The notes under the pieces were generated by a model that worked only from the letters and a program-made list of their open reading frames with translations, made no database searches and was not told where the DNA came from. From Xylographa opegraphella (Eukaryota), in assembly GCA_022813865.1 (NCBI GenBank), contig JALDZX010000006.1, positions 372,001 to 436,000 of the forward strand: a stretch of 64,000 nt of DNA. Reading direction: 5' to 3'. Below, piece after piece: positions 37,919 to 50,669 of the stretch; position 1 is the first letter of the stretch; every line of letters begins with the position of its first letter. The position numbers were made by a program, and so were the translations under genes.

Positions 37919-38107
37919 ATGTGTATCATGGAACAGCCCTGCTATGATTGCGGCTGCACACCGGAAGACCTGCGAGTGATCACAGCAGTCTGCAAAGCGA
38001 CAGCTACTTGCGTCAAGACTCTCACCATCCTCTTCAGAGACGGTCTCTGCCCCACGTGTACCTTAAGGCAGCTGTTCAAGAAGTGGGAGAAGGCGGGCTT
38101 TGCCTAG
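37919..38107 (+). CDS. Small (62 aa) Cys-rich putative zinc-binding protein, paralog of 37168-37344
   Basis: MC-x8-CGC-x11-C-x5-C-x12-CPTC. C2, C25, C31, C44, P45 and C47 sit at identical positions to the neighbouring ORF. Confidence 0.7.
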   Translation: MCIMEQPCYDCGCTPEDLRVITAVCKATATCVKTLTILFRDGLCPTCTLRQLFKKWEKAGFA

Positions 38108-39284
38108 AACCGAACTGGAGAGAGTGGTTGTGCATGCTTGATGTTATGACTGGCGATCATTTGGGGAACATATATACACATCGGCGAACATGCGTAGGGG
38201 GTCACAGGTTGAGTCAGTATGCAACACCTATACCGGTTCTGGGGGGATTCTCACATCTTTGTCGTGTCGATTTGTTGCCGGTTGAATCACAGTGGTCATG
38301 TTCGCGGAACCGCAAAAAAGTGTGGCTGGATTTCGAGCTGATATTCGCGACTAGAATCGTTCCAGGAAGCAAAGCCATGCGTGTACGATGTTCTGTTACA
38401 CTCCTAACGATTGCATAAGCTCCAACCTATCAAATCGAGTCATCCAAAGCTTGCTCTGATGGTCCAACACAAGTACTCAGTGGCCTACCAAGATTTTGCG
38501 AGGACCAGGATATCTTCGGCATCCCCGGCCATTTAGCCAGCGTAAATGACACTGGTGAAGAGGAGGAGAGCTTTCTGCATTTCTATTTCCATACCCGGAG
38601 GTTTAGAATCATTCATACAACAGTGTTTGATCAGATAGGACAGCATACGGATGAAAGCAATATGTGGACTGGAGGACTTTCTTCCTATGTAATGGCTTGA
38701 ATAAATTTAAAAGCATACTTCTGTCGTATGCCAGAAACACTGCAAAATCGTTATATGCTAGTGTAGCACGCTGACAACAATCATCAGGAGACATAGGCAA
38801 ACAAAAGCTTCAATATAAGCCAGACTCCCCAAGCTAACAAAGCCAGACTTTCCGTATAAGTACATCGGCCGAATAGAGGCAAGCGGGAGAAGAGTAAAGA
38901 AAAGCTTGCAAACGATTGTGGAGTTCCTGATCTCGCCCACGTTGCCGGACGCATTGAGACCTCTCGAACGTATTGCGGCATTGCTTAAATCCTGGTTGCG
39001 GAGCCCTTTATGCCATCCAGATTTGAGCAATCTTGTACTAGGTCGTTTGAGAACCATCAGAGCTGAGGATTCGGCAATCTGCAAGAACTGTATAGACTGT
39101 CACTCCTGCTGAAGACATCGTGATATGGATGTGCGTGGATGATGAGTGACCAATCAAACATGATTGTTGTGAGCAAGCTGTCTCAGCACCCGTCCTGATC
39201 CGTTATGAAGGACTTAGAAGTACATGACTGTTGATTGCGGGCCTCGACACAGGAACTTGCCATCCTTGAGTCCACAGGCATATC

Positions 39285-40037
39285 CTAGTCCATGTAGAAG
39301 TCTCCCTTCAATATGCGTTCCTGGAAATGATCAGGAGCCTTGGTGACCTTAGGTGGTTCCTTAGTAGGAGTCGCAATACTGGCAGCGCGTGTATGGTCTT
39401 GGACTGGTGCCGCGGAAGCGGCAGGAGGGCTTGTGATGGAAGAGGACCTCTGAGCACGAGATCTGAGTTGATCAGACCAATTGAACCCTTCACCTATACG
39501 TCGAAGAGAAGTATTAGACGCTTTCTTTGGAGCTTCCTCTTCAGTAACAGGACTCGAGGACAAACCTCGCCCTTTATTAGGTGGAGAAGAAGCCGAAGTT
39601 ATGGAAGGTCTACCGTTGACATTACCACTTCCTGCTCTAACATCTCTTAGTGCTCTAGCACCAAAACTCATCCGCCTGCCGAACGGTGTGGATGGAGTCT
39701 GAATAGGACCTGCGTCCCCCTCCTCGATGGCGCTTTCTTCGACGCCTGCAGAGCCAGAGCCGTTGCTAGAGATGCTTTCTTGGCGGCCTCTGAAGCTGCC
39801 AAATGGCGAAGTCTGCGTTGGGGAACCAGATAAACCTAATGTCGAGATAGACATACGGCGCCGTTGGGAAGCTTGAGCATTGGCTGCAGCTGCAGCGATG
39901 GGACCTGGGTATGGTGGAGTGCCAGCCGAAGGATTGTCACCTGCTGAGCGCCCAAAGAGCTGTGAGAGCCTCTGACCAGGTGCGAACGATGCTCGACGAG
40001 CAGTGGGTGTTGCAGGAGGGGAGTTTTCGTTAGACAT
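39285..40037 (-). CDS. Conserved-looking Ser-rich disordered protein of unknown function
   Basis: Start MSNENSPP in an accATG context, repeated RRxS kinase-type motifs, EGFNWSDQLR and C-terminal PDHFQERILKGDFYMD. Confidence 0.8.
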   Translation of the reverse strand: MSNENSPPATPTARRASFAPGQRLSQLFGRSAGDNPSAGTPPYPGPIAAAAANAQASQRRRMSISTLGLSGSPTQTSPFGSFRGRQESISSNGSGSAGVEESAIEEGDAGPIQTPSTPFGRRMSFGARALRDVRAGSGNVNGRPSITSASSPPNKGRGLSSSPVTEEEAPKKASNTSLRRIGEGFNWSDQLRSRAQRSSSITSPPAASAAPVQDHTRAASIATPTKEPPKVTKAPDHFQERILKGDFYMD

Positions 40038-40954
40038 GGTAAGATTCCGTGGCAAGATTCCGTGGCTTCGATTAACGGATAGGCGAAGTGATATTGATTG
40101 GAAGCGCACGGAATGGAGCAGACAGCAGTCTAATCGAGAGGAGGTAATCGGAGGGCCCAACTTGAAGAAGAAACCAGCGAGCAGTAGATACCACGAAACT
40201 GATCACCGTGTCGAATGCAAATATACGGAGTTTAGCGTATTTGGATAATTCCCGCGGACCGAGATTCGAAAGAACGACCGGAACCGTGGGCTTCGAGTGA
40301 CTCGAATATGATGTACGAGAGACAGAGACAACGAATCTTGGTGGGTCTTGTGGATGGAGATAGCAAGGAGGATAAGTTGTTGAGGGCGTGGTGTTGAGAG
40401 TGGGCTGATGATGCTTCTTGGAGGGACAGGTGGGATTGGACGGAACGCACTGACGCGAAGCTCGTCGCCAAGGGCGGGGAAGGATCGACAGGGATCAGGG
40501 GTTTCAAATCATATTGTCTCACCTCCACGACTGTTGGCCCTCGGCGTTTGACACGATGTGGCGCTTGAAGCACCCTTGAAGATTCATTCATTGTTGAGGG
40601 GGATGGCTGAATGCTGTTGACATGGCTTACAAGTCTTTCCAACCATTGTCGCGCGTAAGAAACGTCTTTGTCACGATGCGATTACAGCCGTTGATCTGCG
40701 CCCTTCGTGGAGCCACCTGACGAGCATTCATGACCATCTACTCGTATTCATAATTCATTGTGGCCTGCGCCTTCAACGCCAATATGCTACAGTCTAACTG
40801 CTACACCTATCGCTACGAACGCCATGTTGAAGTGCAGCAAAGACATCGCCGGCAAAACCTGGGCCAAACGTGGTCGGAGGTGCTGAAGAAGGTTCGGGGT
40901 ATCAAAGAAGAAGAAAGGCCGATCAATCAATGCAGGAGTCGGAAGAACCTCGCC

Positions 40955-43895
40955 TTAAGAAAGAGTCGTAAGTTTCTGAAGCGCGGACAGGACACCTAAC
41001 AGCAAGCCACGTTAGCATATGAGGCTTGAAAACATCTGGATACCTGTCAACGTACCATTGACGCCTGATGTCAGTGTTGCCATGGCTTCTGTATTTCTGG
41101 AACTGACGCTCACTGTAGTAACATCACGAATGCTACCGTCCTTAGCGAGAGAGTTCGCCCAGCGATAGACTACTTCATCCTCACGAGCATTTCCGGCAAC
41201 CATCAAAAATTCGGGCGTCTTAAGTCCCAGCGACTGACGTTTATGTTTTAGTCCTTCGAAAATGCGCGCTGCTGCCGTCCCTTTCGTCCATTCGGTAGAC
41301 TCAATCAATAGCTCTCCGTCGATGATGACCGCATGAACGTTCTGGTCTTCGCATGCATCGTTGATGTGGTTTGCGCAGTCGCCGGCCTGCCGAATGGCGC
41401 CTGCTGGATCCTTCGCGTCTGCATAGTGAAAGACCAGCGAGCAATGCCGTTCTTCAATCCAACTTCCCTCTGTACGATCATTGTAATATTCTAGAATCAT
41501 CATGACGCTCTTCTTCCAGGCGGTTGACTTCTCCACATTGGCCATGTCGATCCAATTCTCGGTATCGTATTCCTTAAGAAAGCAGCCATTCTCCGCGATC
41601 AGACCGACCTTGGGAACCCGTCGGAAGAGACGGTCCATCTCTTCAGGCTTCCTGCTACTCATTACATAGACAATGTTTTTCTCGTCGTAGAGAAGGTTGT
41701 TCAGAACGTCCAAGGTACGCTGCGGACTCGTAAACACTATACTGGTTGAAGAGCCATAGGCGGCGAGCGTTCCCTCATAATCCAGTATGAACAGACGCTG
41801 TTCGGCGTTCTTGTACTTCTCTCCGAGTTCTTGCACTGACAGTCGCGGAATTGACAACGTGGCCCTTAACGAGTGCTCGTTATGAACCTTGGAGAGTGTT
41901 TCCAGGAATGATGTGACCCAGAACTCGGCTGTGTGATGTACGACAATGTTCATAAGCTTCGACCAGCGACGCTCTCGCTCCGAGGCCGACATCTCAATAG
42001 CCGTCTTGATTGCATCTGCACACTGGCGATAATCCCAAGGGTTTACAGCTAAGTCATAGCTCTCGAACAAAGAGGAGCTTCCGGTGAACTCGCTAAGGAT
42101 CAGTGGACCATGCTGCTTGTCGGAACACTTTCCATCTTGGCAATAGACGTATTCGTGGCTCGTGAGGCCCATGCCTTCTCGGAGACTCGTGATCATCATA
42201 ACGTCAGCGACCGTTATCAATGCAAGGTACTGCGAGTATTCAATATCCTGTTTGAGGAATACGATTGGTTGGTGAGCAAGCGTGGAATGAATTGAGTTGA
42301 TTCTGGTTACGATATCCGACACAGTGGCTTCTAACTCGACTTGTTCCGTTGTCGAAGATGCGACTTGAATCAAGACAACCTATCCTAGTTAGCGCGGACG
42401 AGTCATTGATGTTTACCGCTGACCTTTTCCTTCAGATGAGGATTTTTGTTCAGGAAAAGCTCGTATGCCAGCAGTTTCTGACGAACCCCCCTGATATGAT
42501 CAAGCTTATCTCGAGCCACGATGAGTTGCTTGTCTGCATACTTGGAGCGCATACGCTTAATCCAATCGCCAACTTCGGGATCGCGCCTCCTCGTGTCCAA
42601 CGTTTTCAAGTCAACACCAGCTGGGAACTCTGAGACGTTGACAAATCGGTCTTCAAGTTGCACGCCGTCGGCGGTAGCTTCCGCACAGAGTAGGCGATTG
42701 CATGTCTGCAGAAAGTGGTTGCAATACTCCTTTGTTTGAAACCCCAGCAAGTTCGCACCCAAGAGTCCGTCGAGCAACTCCATTCGCATGGCAAGGCATC
42801 GGAAGACCTCGGACGATGGGAAAGCTGTGTGTAGAAAAAACCCTATTTGGGCATCTGGAATCTTCTTCCTGATCATACCTGGCACTAAAACCAAGTGGTA
42901 GTCGTGAATCCAAATCACGTCACCTTTCTTCCATTTTTGAACAATACGATCAGCAAACGCCTGGTTTATCTTCGCGTAATATACCCACGAATGGTCTTCG
43001 TAAGCCTTACTTTTCGGATGATCGGGGATCTGATAATGGAATACGGGCCACAAAATTGTCTTGCAATAGTGCGAATAGTGCCCATCGAAGTCACTGTCTG
43101 ATGTGAAAACTGGTAAGCTGTCGTATTCATTCTCCAGCTTATCCTCGATATCAAATTTGCGAGTGTCTTCGAGAGCATCTGTCGGCATGCCGAGCGTACC
43201 AACCTAAGAAGATAAGTAGATAACAGCAACATCCAATGATCAGACCTACCCATGTCTTCTCTTTGAGTGCACCGGTTCTGAATGCTGCATTTATGGCGTT
43301 GCGGACTCCTGGATTTCCCTGGTCTCCTGGTTGGATGGACCAGCCTGCAGTGTTGAGGGCTCTCTCATGACTGTCCTGCCGGTTGTCATGAATTGAAGTC
43401 TCCCTGCTTCGGGTCGCTCGTTCCTGTTCAGCAACATATTTCAGGATTGACACCGGGGGCAAATCCTCTGCTCGTGACTTGGGCTGAGCGAAGAGGCCTT
43501 GACCCCATAAAGGAGTGAGTGTCTCGCTTGGAGTCGTTACGGGTAAATCCTTAAGCTGGGATTGATGGGAGCTGTAGGATTGAAAGGAGGATGGTTTCTG
43601 GGAGAGAAAGAACTGTTCATGCTCGGTCGAAATGGCAGGAATAGGTTGTAAAGAAGCAGAATATCCGAGTCCCTGAGCGAACAAGCTCAGATCATCCGTT
43701 GTTGAAGGGTGACGAATTGGTGGATCAGGCCGACCAGCGGGCTTGCGCACGTCAAAGTGGACGGTGTAAGGGAGAAAACTAAGGAAATGGTATGTCAGCC
43801 CGTCCAACTGATAGTCCACTGTCGATGTTGACTCGTAGATCATGGAAGAAGCAGAAAGTTTCGAAGACCTACAGAGATACAACGAACACCGTCAT
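40955..43895 (-). CDS. TPS3: Trehalose synthase complex regulatory subunit (Tps3/Tsl1/TslA-like; GT20 plus HAD-like domain), 4 introns
   Basis: MTVFVVSLFLPYT, LWPVFHY, WIHDYHL, GFFLHTAFPSSE, REGMGL, LILSEFTG. The phosphatase motif is DYEGTL rather than catalytic DYDGTL, pointing to the regulatory paralog. Confidence 0.88.
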
Positions 43896-45989
43896 GTTGA
43901 CAGTTAAGGGTACGTTGGGGGAAAAGAGGTAAAGAACGTTTTATGGGAGTTAGGGTCCCGTCGTAAAGAGATAGCTATACCTAGGTCTTTGGCATCAAGG
44001 ATAGAAGAGAGAGGTCGTGAGAAAAGTTTTATGCGTAGGATGTCATGGCAGGTTGCGCGTATGCGATAATTGCTACGTAAAGGTCCAAAACACTGGACCC
44101 CGGAAAAGCTAAGGCAGCTTAGAAGCAGCTAACCCGGCCGGAGCAAGGAATAAAAGCAGCTAGCCCTGTCAAACCTTACTTCAATTCCGAGCCACGTCAT
44201 CCCGGCTTCGACCTCGACGAGCGTTGGAGCTTAAATCGTCTGCTTTCATTCGTTCGGATATGTACATTCCACAATGGAAATCACCGTGTTTCTTACGATT
44301 CTCGCCCCATAGCTGATGATACTGCGCGGAACCAAGGTCGCTCGCTTTTGCTACTGTCGAGGTTTGTCACAGAAAGATCCTCTGCACACTCGGTCTTGCT
44401 TCGTGGGGCTTTCAACGTCTGCATCTTGCAATTCGATATCCGGCATGTGATTGAATAATTCAGTTGGTAGGTACCCGAGACCAACAGAGGCGAACTATTC
44501 AGCCTTACGTAGCATTCCTGTGCTCTATGCGGGATTCCGTTCTCAGCTCGGTGGTTGCTAAGCAACCTTGCAACTTGGCCGTTTCCGGCCCAGGGCTGTC
44601 ACCATTATCATTCCTGCCTTGTTATCAGATACCATGTTACATTCACTGAATGCTCACTAAATTGGTGCCTGCCTATCATTCACCTTCGGATTACAGCGGC
44701 GTTCAAAGTGAGGCTCGGAAGGGTCCCGGGTCGCCTGTAGCTCGCCAGTGGCCTCAAACCAGTCATTCAAACAGAGCGAGTCTGCACCGTGAGCACCCAT
44801 GCATCTCACAATTCAGCTGTGGCCCGGCAGATCCGTCGAAGTCTGCCTCGTCTGGCCCCTTGTGGAAGAGCCTACGTTCGGGATGGACTACCTTTATACC
44901 GTATCTTTAGATTTTCATATAGAACGAAACGCATTCATGGTGATCTCCATATTTAGAGTTGCAATAGTAAGGCAATCGATAGAACAAACTACGCTGGACA
45001 TCACAGTTCTTTCTTGATAGCCAGACCAGTTTCTAAATCCGGCACGCTGGTGTTCCGGAAGAAATGCCACTTTGGTGCGTCAATCGTGATAATATTGTGA
45101 TAGTAAGGTGATTTATGACCAGTACAGTTTTTCCGTATCCCAATATTTCAGTATTGCCTACACAAGACTTTTGTCAGTTGCACGTGGGAAAGAATAAGTG
45201 GCGGAAATGGGAGAAGAAAGTAGTGCTGAAGAGTCATGAAGCTAGATATCAATAATATTATACCCAGTCAATCTGCTTCTTACGTCCGTTTTTCGGCTTC
45301 GGCTTTGTCCGCCAATTCTTTCTGCAGCATAAATTTATATGGCTTTGGCTGATTTCTGCTCCTCGTTGGCTCGTCCTGGGTGGGTTGAAGTAGTTCTGTA
45401 AGCGCAAGGGCTGTCAGGTGATCATAGTGCAGGTCAACCTTCATTTCTCACGAGTTTTCGTGAACATGTTATGTTGCCGCGCTATGTATGCGTACGAGAT
45501 CATCATCATGTATAACGTAATGAGCTGCGGAGCTATGCACGGTGAATACGACGCGTGTGTACGAAGTAAACCTTAGGGTAAATAGACGAATGTGAGCCTT
45601 GTGAGGTGTGCAAGAACGTTCGCGAATAGGAACTGCAATTTAGATAGAAGATTTTCGAATTGGTAACGCTTGGACATTAAGCTTTCATCTCGCAGAATTG
45701 CTTGCAAGCCGTTTATCCTTCTTCCAATGTCGAGATGGACACATGAACGAAGCTTGGCTCATGAGCTGATCATTGTCATTTTTGGCGTGCTTTAAAATAC
45801 TGGAGTTGAGCTACTGTGCTGATATGTACGTGAGCTATTCAAGCCTGGTCTGCCCTAGACCTACCAGATGGTTTGATGCCTCGGACAATCATCAACCACG
45901 CCCGATAGAGTCAAAGATGCTGACTGTATCTCTGCCGCGTTTGTCACCTCGAATCTGGTACATGTGGCATCAGAACGGCTTGATAGAGC

Positions 45990-46697
45990 ATGGCAAAGAC
46001 AAAGATCAGGGCAGTCTTTTTCGACTTCATGGGCACATGCCTGGACTGGCACAGCGGAGCGATCAAAGTCTTACCACAGTCCATCGCCGAAAGCGAGAGG
46101 TCGAAGCTCGCTTTGGAGTGGCGGCATGATTACTTCGATGCCAACACTGCCCGCCTCGCCGCCAATGGATCTCCAGAAAATATCGACATCACACTCCGCA
46201 GGACTTTGGATGCTTTGCTGGAGAAGCATCCAGAACACAAAGATCTATTCGACGATCGCATCAAGCATCAATGTATAGTCGCATGGCACTCAATGCCAGC
46301 CTGGCCGGAAGTGCCTCAAGCCGTCGAGCAGCTGAAGGCCGCAGGGTATGAGGTGTTCGTGTTCGCAAATGGCACCACTCGCTTGCAGCTTGACCTCTGT
46401 AAGTCCTCAGGCTTGAGATTCAATATGTTGTTCTCAAGTGAATTACTTGGAGTCTACAAACCGGCTCCAAAGAGCTACAGCAAGACATTAGAGCTGGTCA
46501 ACGTGAAACCGGAGGAATCAGTCATGGTCGCTGCGCATACAAGTGATGTTCGAGGTGGGAAAGAAGCTGGGATGAAGACTGTGTACATCCATCGGTGGAC
46601 TGATGACATCAAGGAAGACATGGAGGTGATCAAAACGGAGAACGACTTCTTCTTGGAGGATATGACGAGTCTCGCGGAGGTCATAGGCCAGCTTTGA
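45990..46697 (+). CDS. Haloacid dehalogenase (HAD type II-like) hydrolase
   Basis: VFFDFMGTCLDW, ANG, SSELLGVYKP and MVAAH motifs. Single exon. Confidence 0.92.
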   Translation: MAKTKIRAVFFDFMGTCLDWHSGAIKVLPQSIAESERSKLALEWRHDYFDANTARLAANGSPENIDITLRRTLDALLEKHPEHKDLFDDRIKHQCIVAWHSMPAWPEVPQAVEQLKAAGYEVFVFANGTTRLQLDLCKSSGLRFNMLFSSELLGVYKPAPKSYSKTLELVNVKPEESVMVAAHTSDVRGGKEAGMKTVYIHRWTDDIKEDMEVIKTENDFFLEDMTSLAEVIGQL

Positions 46698-47587
46698 GTT
46701 GATCTCACTCAAGCGCAAGTTGTTGTTCTCGGTGCCTGTAATGCTCCATCAGCTAGATTCCTTTTAGCATTGCCTCTAGACCGCTATTAAAATCCACTAC
46801 AGTCTTCGTAGCAACATCCTGAACTCCGGTCTCAAATCCTGGGATCTTGAGACTCAACATCCGCGATCTGCCGAGTTTTGTTTTCTGGTTTCTGACTTGG
46901 GCTGCACGTTCTAATCTGTTGGCTCCTCAACCTGTAGACATATCTTTCCACCCGGTCCACTTGCTCCTTTAGGACGAACTCATGGACAGTGAAACGCAAC
47001 ATCAAGCTTCAAAGGGGCCTCACTGATAACTGAGCCACTCTAATAAACCTCAGTCTTTTCCTCGAGGAATCCGCGCCAGACCATCGGTAAGCAGAGAAAT
47101 GTAGATCTCGTTTCGGATGAGATTGTATATAGCTATGCTAATCACTAGGCAGACCGACGTGAGGCCGAAGTCGACTTTGTCGAGAAGGTCTGTCAAATTT
47201 CTCAAATTGTTCATTAGCTGTAATTTATGTTAGTGTGTTGTATTCTTTAGTCGAATACCGAATCGGATATTGCCCAGTATGGTAGCTCAAGCGAATGTCC
47301 GTGGTTCAACTGCGAGTAAGTATCGGGTTGCTTGTATCCTTTGTTCAAGCCAAGTTTGCATTGGTATATCAATAGCCTTGTGCACACAGGTAAAGGGATA
47401 CTGGCTAACTGGAAACTGGCTTATATTCAACTGGATGAAAAAATGATGAAGGATCATGCTCTATGGCTTTCTTCAGTATTGCCCAATGCATCTGAACGAA
47501 AGTAAATTTCTTAGAATCTAATGGTTGGCTGCCTAAAGCAAAGGAGGACTTCAGCACATGAACGTCAGCATGAGATAACCGCTGTGC

Positions 47588-48670
47588 TCAAGCCTTGATC
47601 ATCAAAATCTGACGTTACAAGATTAGCAGGTAATACCAACAATGCTCGAGCAGACAAAATACTCACTTCGTTGAGCGCCTTGGGGTCCATCATTGCCATC
47701 TTCTTATGCATTATGTATCTATTTCGGATAACATGACGGCCTCCAAGTACTGTTGTAGCGCTCGACACCAAGGCTGAACGACTCTCACCATTGTCAGGTG
47801 GACTGTGAATATCGAAATCCTGACTTGGCAATGAAGCCGTACTCGCTGGGATATCAGCCGAGACTTGTGCTGCTCGTGCAGCTCTTCTCTCTTCTTTTCT
47901 TTTTCTCCGGTCGAGCTTCATTTGTGCTTTTTCTGCCTTTTTCTTCGTTTTGAAAATACTCACAGTCACCTCGTCATTGTCTGCGGGTGGATTTCCGTCT
48001 CTTTGGAGTCGTTCTCTCGCGGAGGTAGACGATATGTCTCTTTCTGAAGGATTGATACTCGGCGAAGAATTTGGTTGCACAACTTCTTCTGCCGTATCTT
48101 TATTACTCAGCCTGCTAGAGCGCTTAGGAGATCCGATTGAAGCCATATTCCCGACTAGCCTCAGTTTTTCTGCTTCCGCGAGCTTTTCGATTTTGTCACC
48201 AACAAGTACACCCCCACTCACAAATCGTAGTGCGCCCCAGCGTCTTTCTGTATACACAGCTCGTTTCAGGTCATCCCGTGACTTTTGCTCCTTCTCTAAT
48301 ACATCCTCGCTTTTGCCATTCAGTCGTCCAAGTAGGTTTTGAAACACGTCCAGCCCAACGCACTCCCCAGCGTTCACGCCGCTCCCTCGTTTCGCACCCA
48401 ATCCCAGGTTGTCGTCCTTGACAGCAACCCGAATGTGAGAAGCATTGGCATCAGAGTGCAGATGCGCATGAGGAGCGTCTACAGCTCCCAAGAAAGAACC
48501 GGGGGTCCATCCTTGCGACAGTAGCATCTTACGTCCATAGCTTGTCGAGGATTTGCTCCAGTTAGTGTTATTTGGATCGTGGGAGATCTTGGCCCGCCTT
48601 GAGAAGGTATCAGAGCAATGTACAGAGTCAAATTGAGCGAAACTTACTTGCGGGGTGCCCCAAGACCCAT
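47588..48670 (-). CDS. PXR1: G-patch ribosome biogenesis/telomerase inhibitor Pxr1 (PinX1), 2 introns
   Basis: MGLGAPR..KISHDPNNTNWS...YGRKMLLSQGWTPG.FLG...KDDNLGLGA, a Lys-rich KKE region and the end ALNEILMIKA. Confidence 0.92.
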
Positions 48671-48983
48671 TGCCCAGATGCTGTATATAGTTGTGCAATA
48701 CGGAAATATTGAAAAAGAGCCAAAGTTAAGCGATTCCAGGGTCCACAGCTCTAGCGTGGGGGATCCGCAGCCGGCCTTAGGGCCTAAGGTAGCGTAACTA
48801 GATACTGCTGGTGCAGTTTGATCATCAGCTTCATACAAATCAGGAACTTTCAATTGTATTCATCGGACGAAACGTCGTCAAACAGGGTGTATGGTATACA
48901 AACCAGAAACACTTTCATAAGTCCTTACGCGTGTTACCAAACCAAGCCCGGGACTCGAAGGCAAAGCTCTACAAATTTCAATA

Positions 48984-49577
48984 ATGGCACCGTCCAAAAC
49001 CGTGTCCCAATCCGGCCACGAAGATGCTGAGAGTCATGATCCAGACTCACCGGATTCTGCCACTGAAATGGTCACCCGTCTAGCACAGAAGATGGTGAAC
49101 TCTGTCAGTGACTCGGACGACTCTAGAGCGCTCTGTTGGCTCTAATCCACAGAAACAGACCAAGAAACGTCGCGAGGCCAGAAGAAATCAGATGAGGGCA
49201 GAATTCCTGAAACAATCCACTCGCATCGTAAAGAATATCGATGTCGCTTTCGAGGATCCAGCCAAGCAAGTCTGCCCTTACCTGGAATTACCTCTATAGT
49301 GATCGACTTATGTGTCTGACAACAGACACAGATCCCAAGTGGTCCTGGCAGGTCTGGAGGAGCTCAGCAACCTTTTAAAGCGGAAGGGAGCGATCGAGGC
49401 GAAAATCTTTGCCCATACCGCTATCCTTGAGAAAGCATACTTGGACGCCAATCAGGAACTTTCTGTGAGCCTGAAAGGACGGATGCAGGATATTGCACAG
49501 CTCGAAAGCGTTCCCGTGAGTTCTTTCCCAATAGAGCATGGTTCTATCTCTAATAGATTTTCTTATAGCAGGCCTAG
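48984..49577 (+). CDS. Small coiled-coil-like hypothetical protein, 3 introns (one GC-AG)
   Basis: ATG 48984. Introns at about 49094-49152, 49266-49325 (GCAAGT donor) and about 49516-49570 give a continuous frame. No family recognised. Confidence 0.6.
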
Positions 49578-50039
49578 TCTACAGTGCTACAAGACCGAAA
49601 CTCCACTTATCTTGGGAGCTGAGCGGTCAAACGAAATTTATCTCAGCAGGATTCCTTGACTTCGCTATGACATATTTGCTTATTGTCTAACTCGCTTTGT
49701 GCATACTATGCTTGTCCATTGACCTCAGTGTCCCCATGAATACTGAAAGGTACAACGGGTCTGGGCTTGAAGTTGACGTGCTCCTCGGCTTTTCGACTTA
49801 GATTTGTTGTGAGGATAGTAAATATTAGAACTAGTTCAATTTCTTTACACAGACAATCGTGACTCTCGGCTTAAAGACTGTAAACGTTGATCCATGACAA
49901 CAACTCGAAGTTTGACAATAGGGTTCTTCGCTTAAATCTCGCCAACTCGCTTACCTAATAGCACGCTACGCGCACCTCACATCTCAACCCTATCAACTGT
50001 TCTTACACCAGCAAAAATCTCAACGACAACCCTTCCACC

Positions 50040-50669
50040 ATGGCGAAAGAACGCACCGGCATCGCCATCGGGCTTAATCGCGGCCACGTAAGTCCCCCAA
50101 GATTTCCACTCCGCTTACAGAGCGGAGCGCTCGCAAGAGCACCAGATGTGCCATCAAACACTCCTGCTCACAATGCTTAGAAAACCACCCTCCGCGAATC
50201 CAAGCCCCGCATCTCACGCACCAAAGGCCATCTAAGCAAGCGCACTGCTTTCGTAAGAGAGATTGTGAAGGAGGTCGCCGGGTGAGTGACGGCATTGTTT
50301 CTGGACCTGTTCTTCCCAATCAGAGCGCACAAAACCTTGGTGGAAATCCTGTCCCCTCTGACGATTCATGTCAATGGAAATATTTTACGAGGAGGTTGTT
50401 TTCAGTAGAAAATTCAAGTAGCGGGCTGATGTTAAGGGCTACAACAGACTTGCACCCTACGAACGCCGAGTCATTGAGTTACTCCGCAATAGCAAAGACA
50501 AGCGTGCCCGTAAACTGGCCAAGAAGCGGGTATGTCTCTCATATGTGGAAAGGTCGAGATGCGTCGCTGATACGAGCCCTGTTAGCTTGGGACTTTCGGA
50601 CGTGCTAAGCGAAAGGTCGATGAGCTCCAGAGAGTGATCGCCGAGTCGAGGAGGGCTGCGGCGCACTAG
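50040..50669 (+). CDS. RPL36: 60S ribosomal protein L36 (eL36), 3 introns
   Basis: [16 protein letters not shown] / KTT...[23 protein letters not shown] / [27 protein letters not shown] / [14 protein letters not shown]. Confidence 0.97.

Noticed and set aside
47276..47315. tRNA-like A/B boxes (GGTAGCTCAA ... GGTTCAA)
   Set aside because: The spacing is too short, and no cloverleaf or acceptor stem can be formed.
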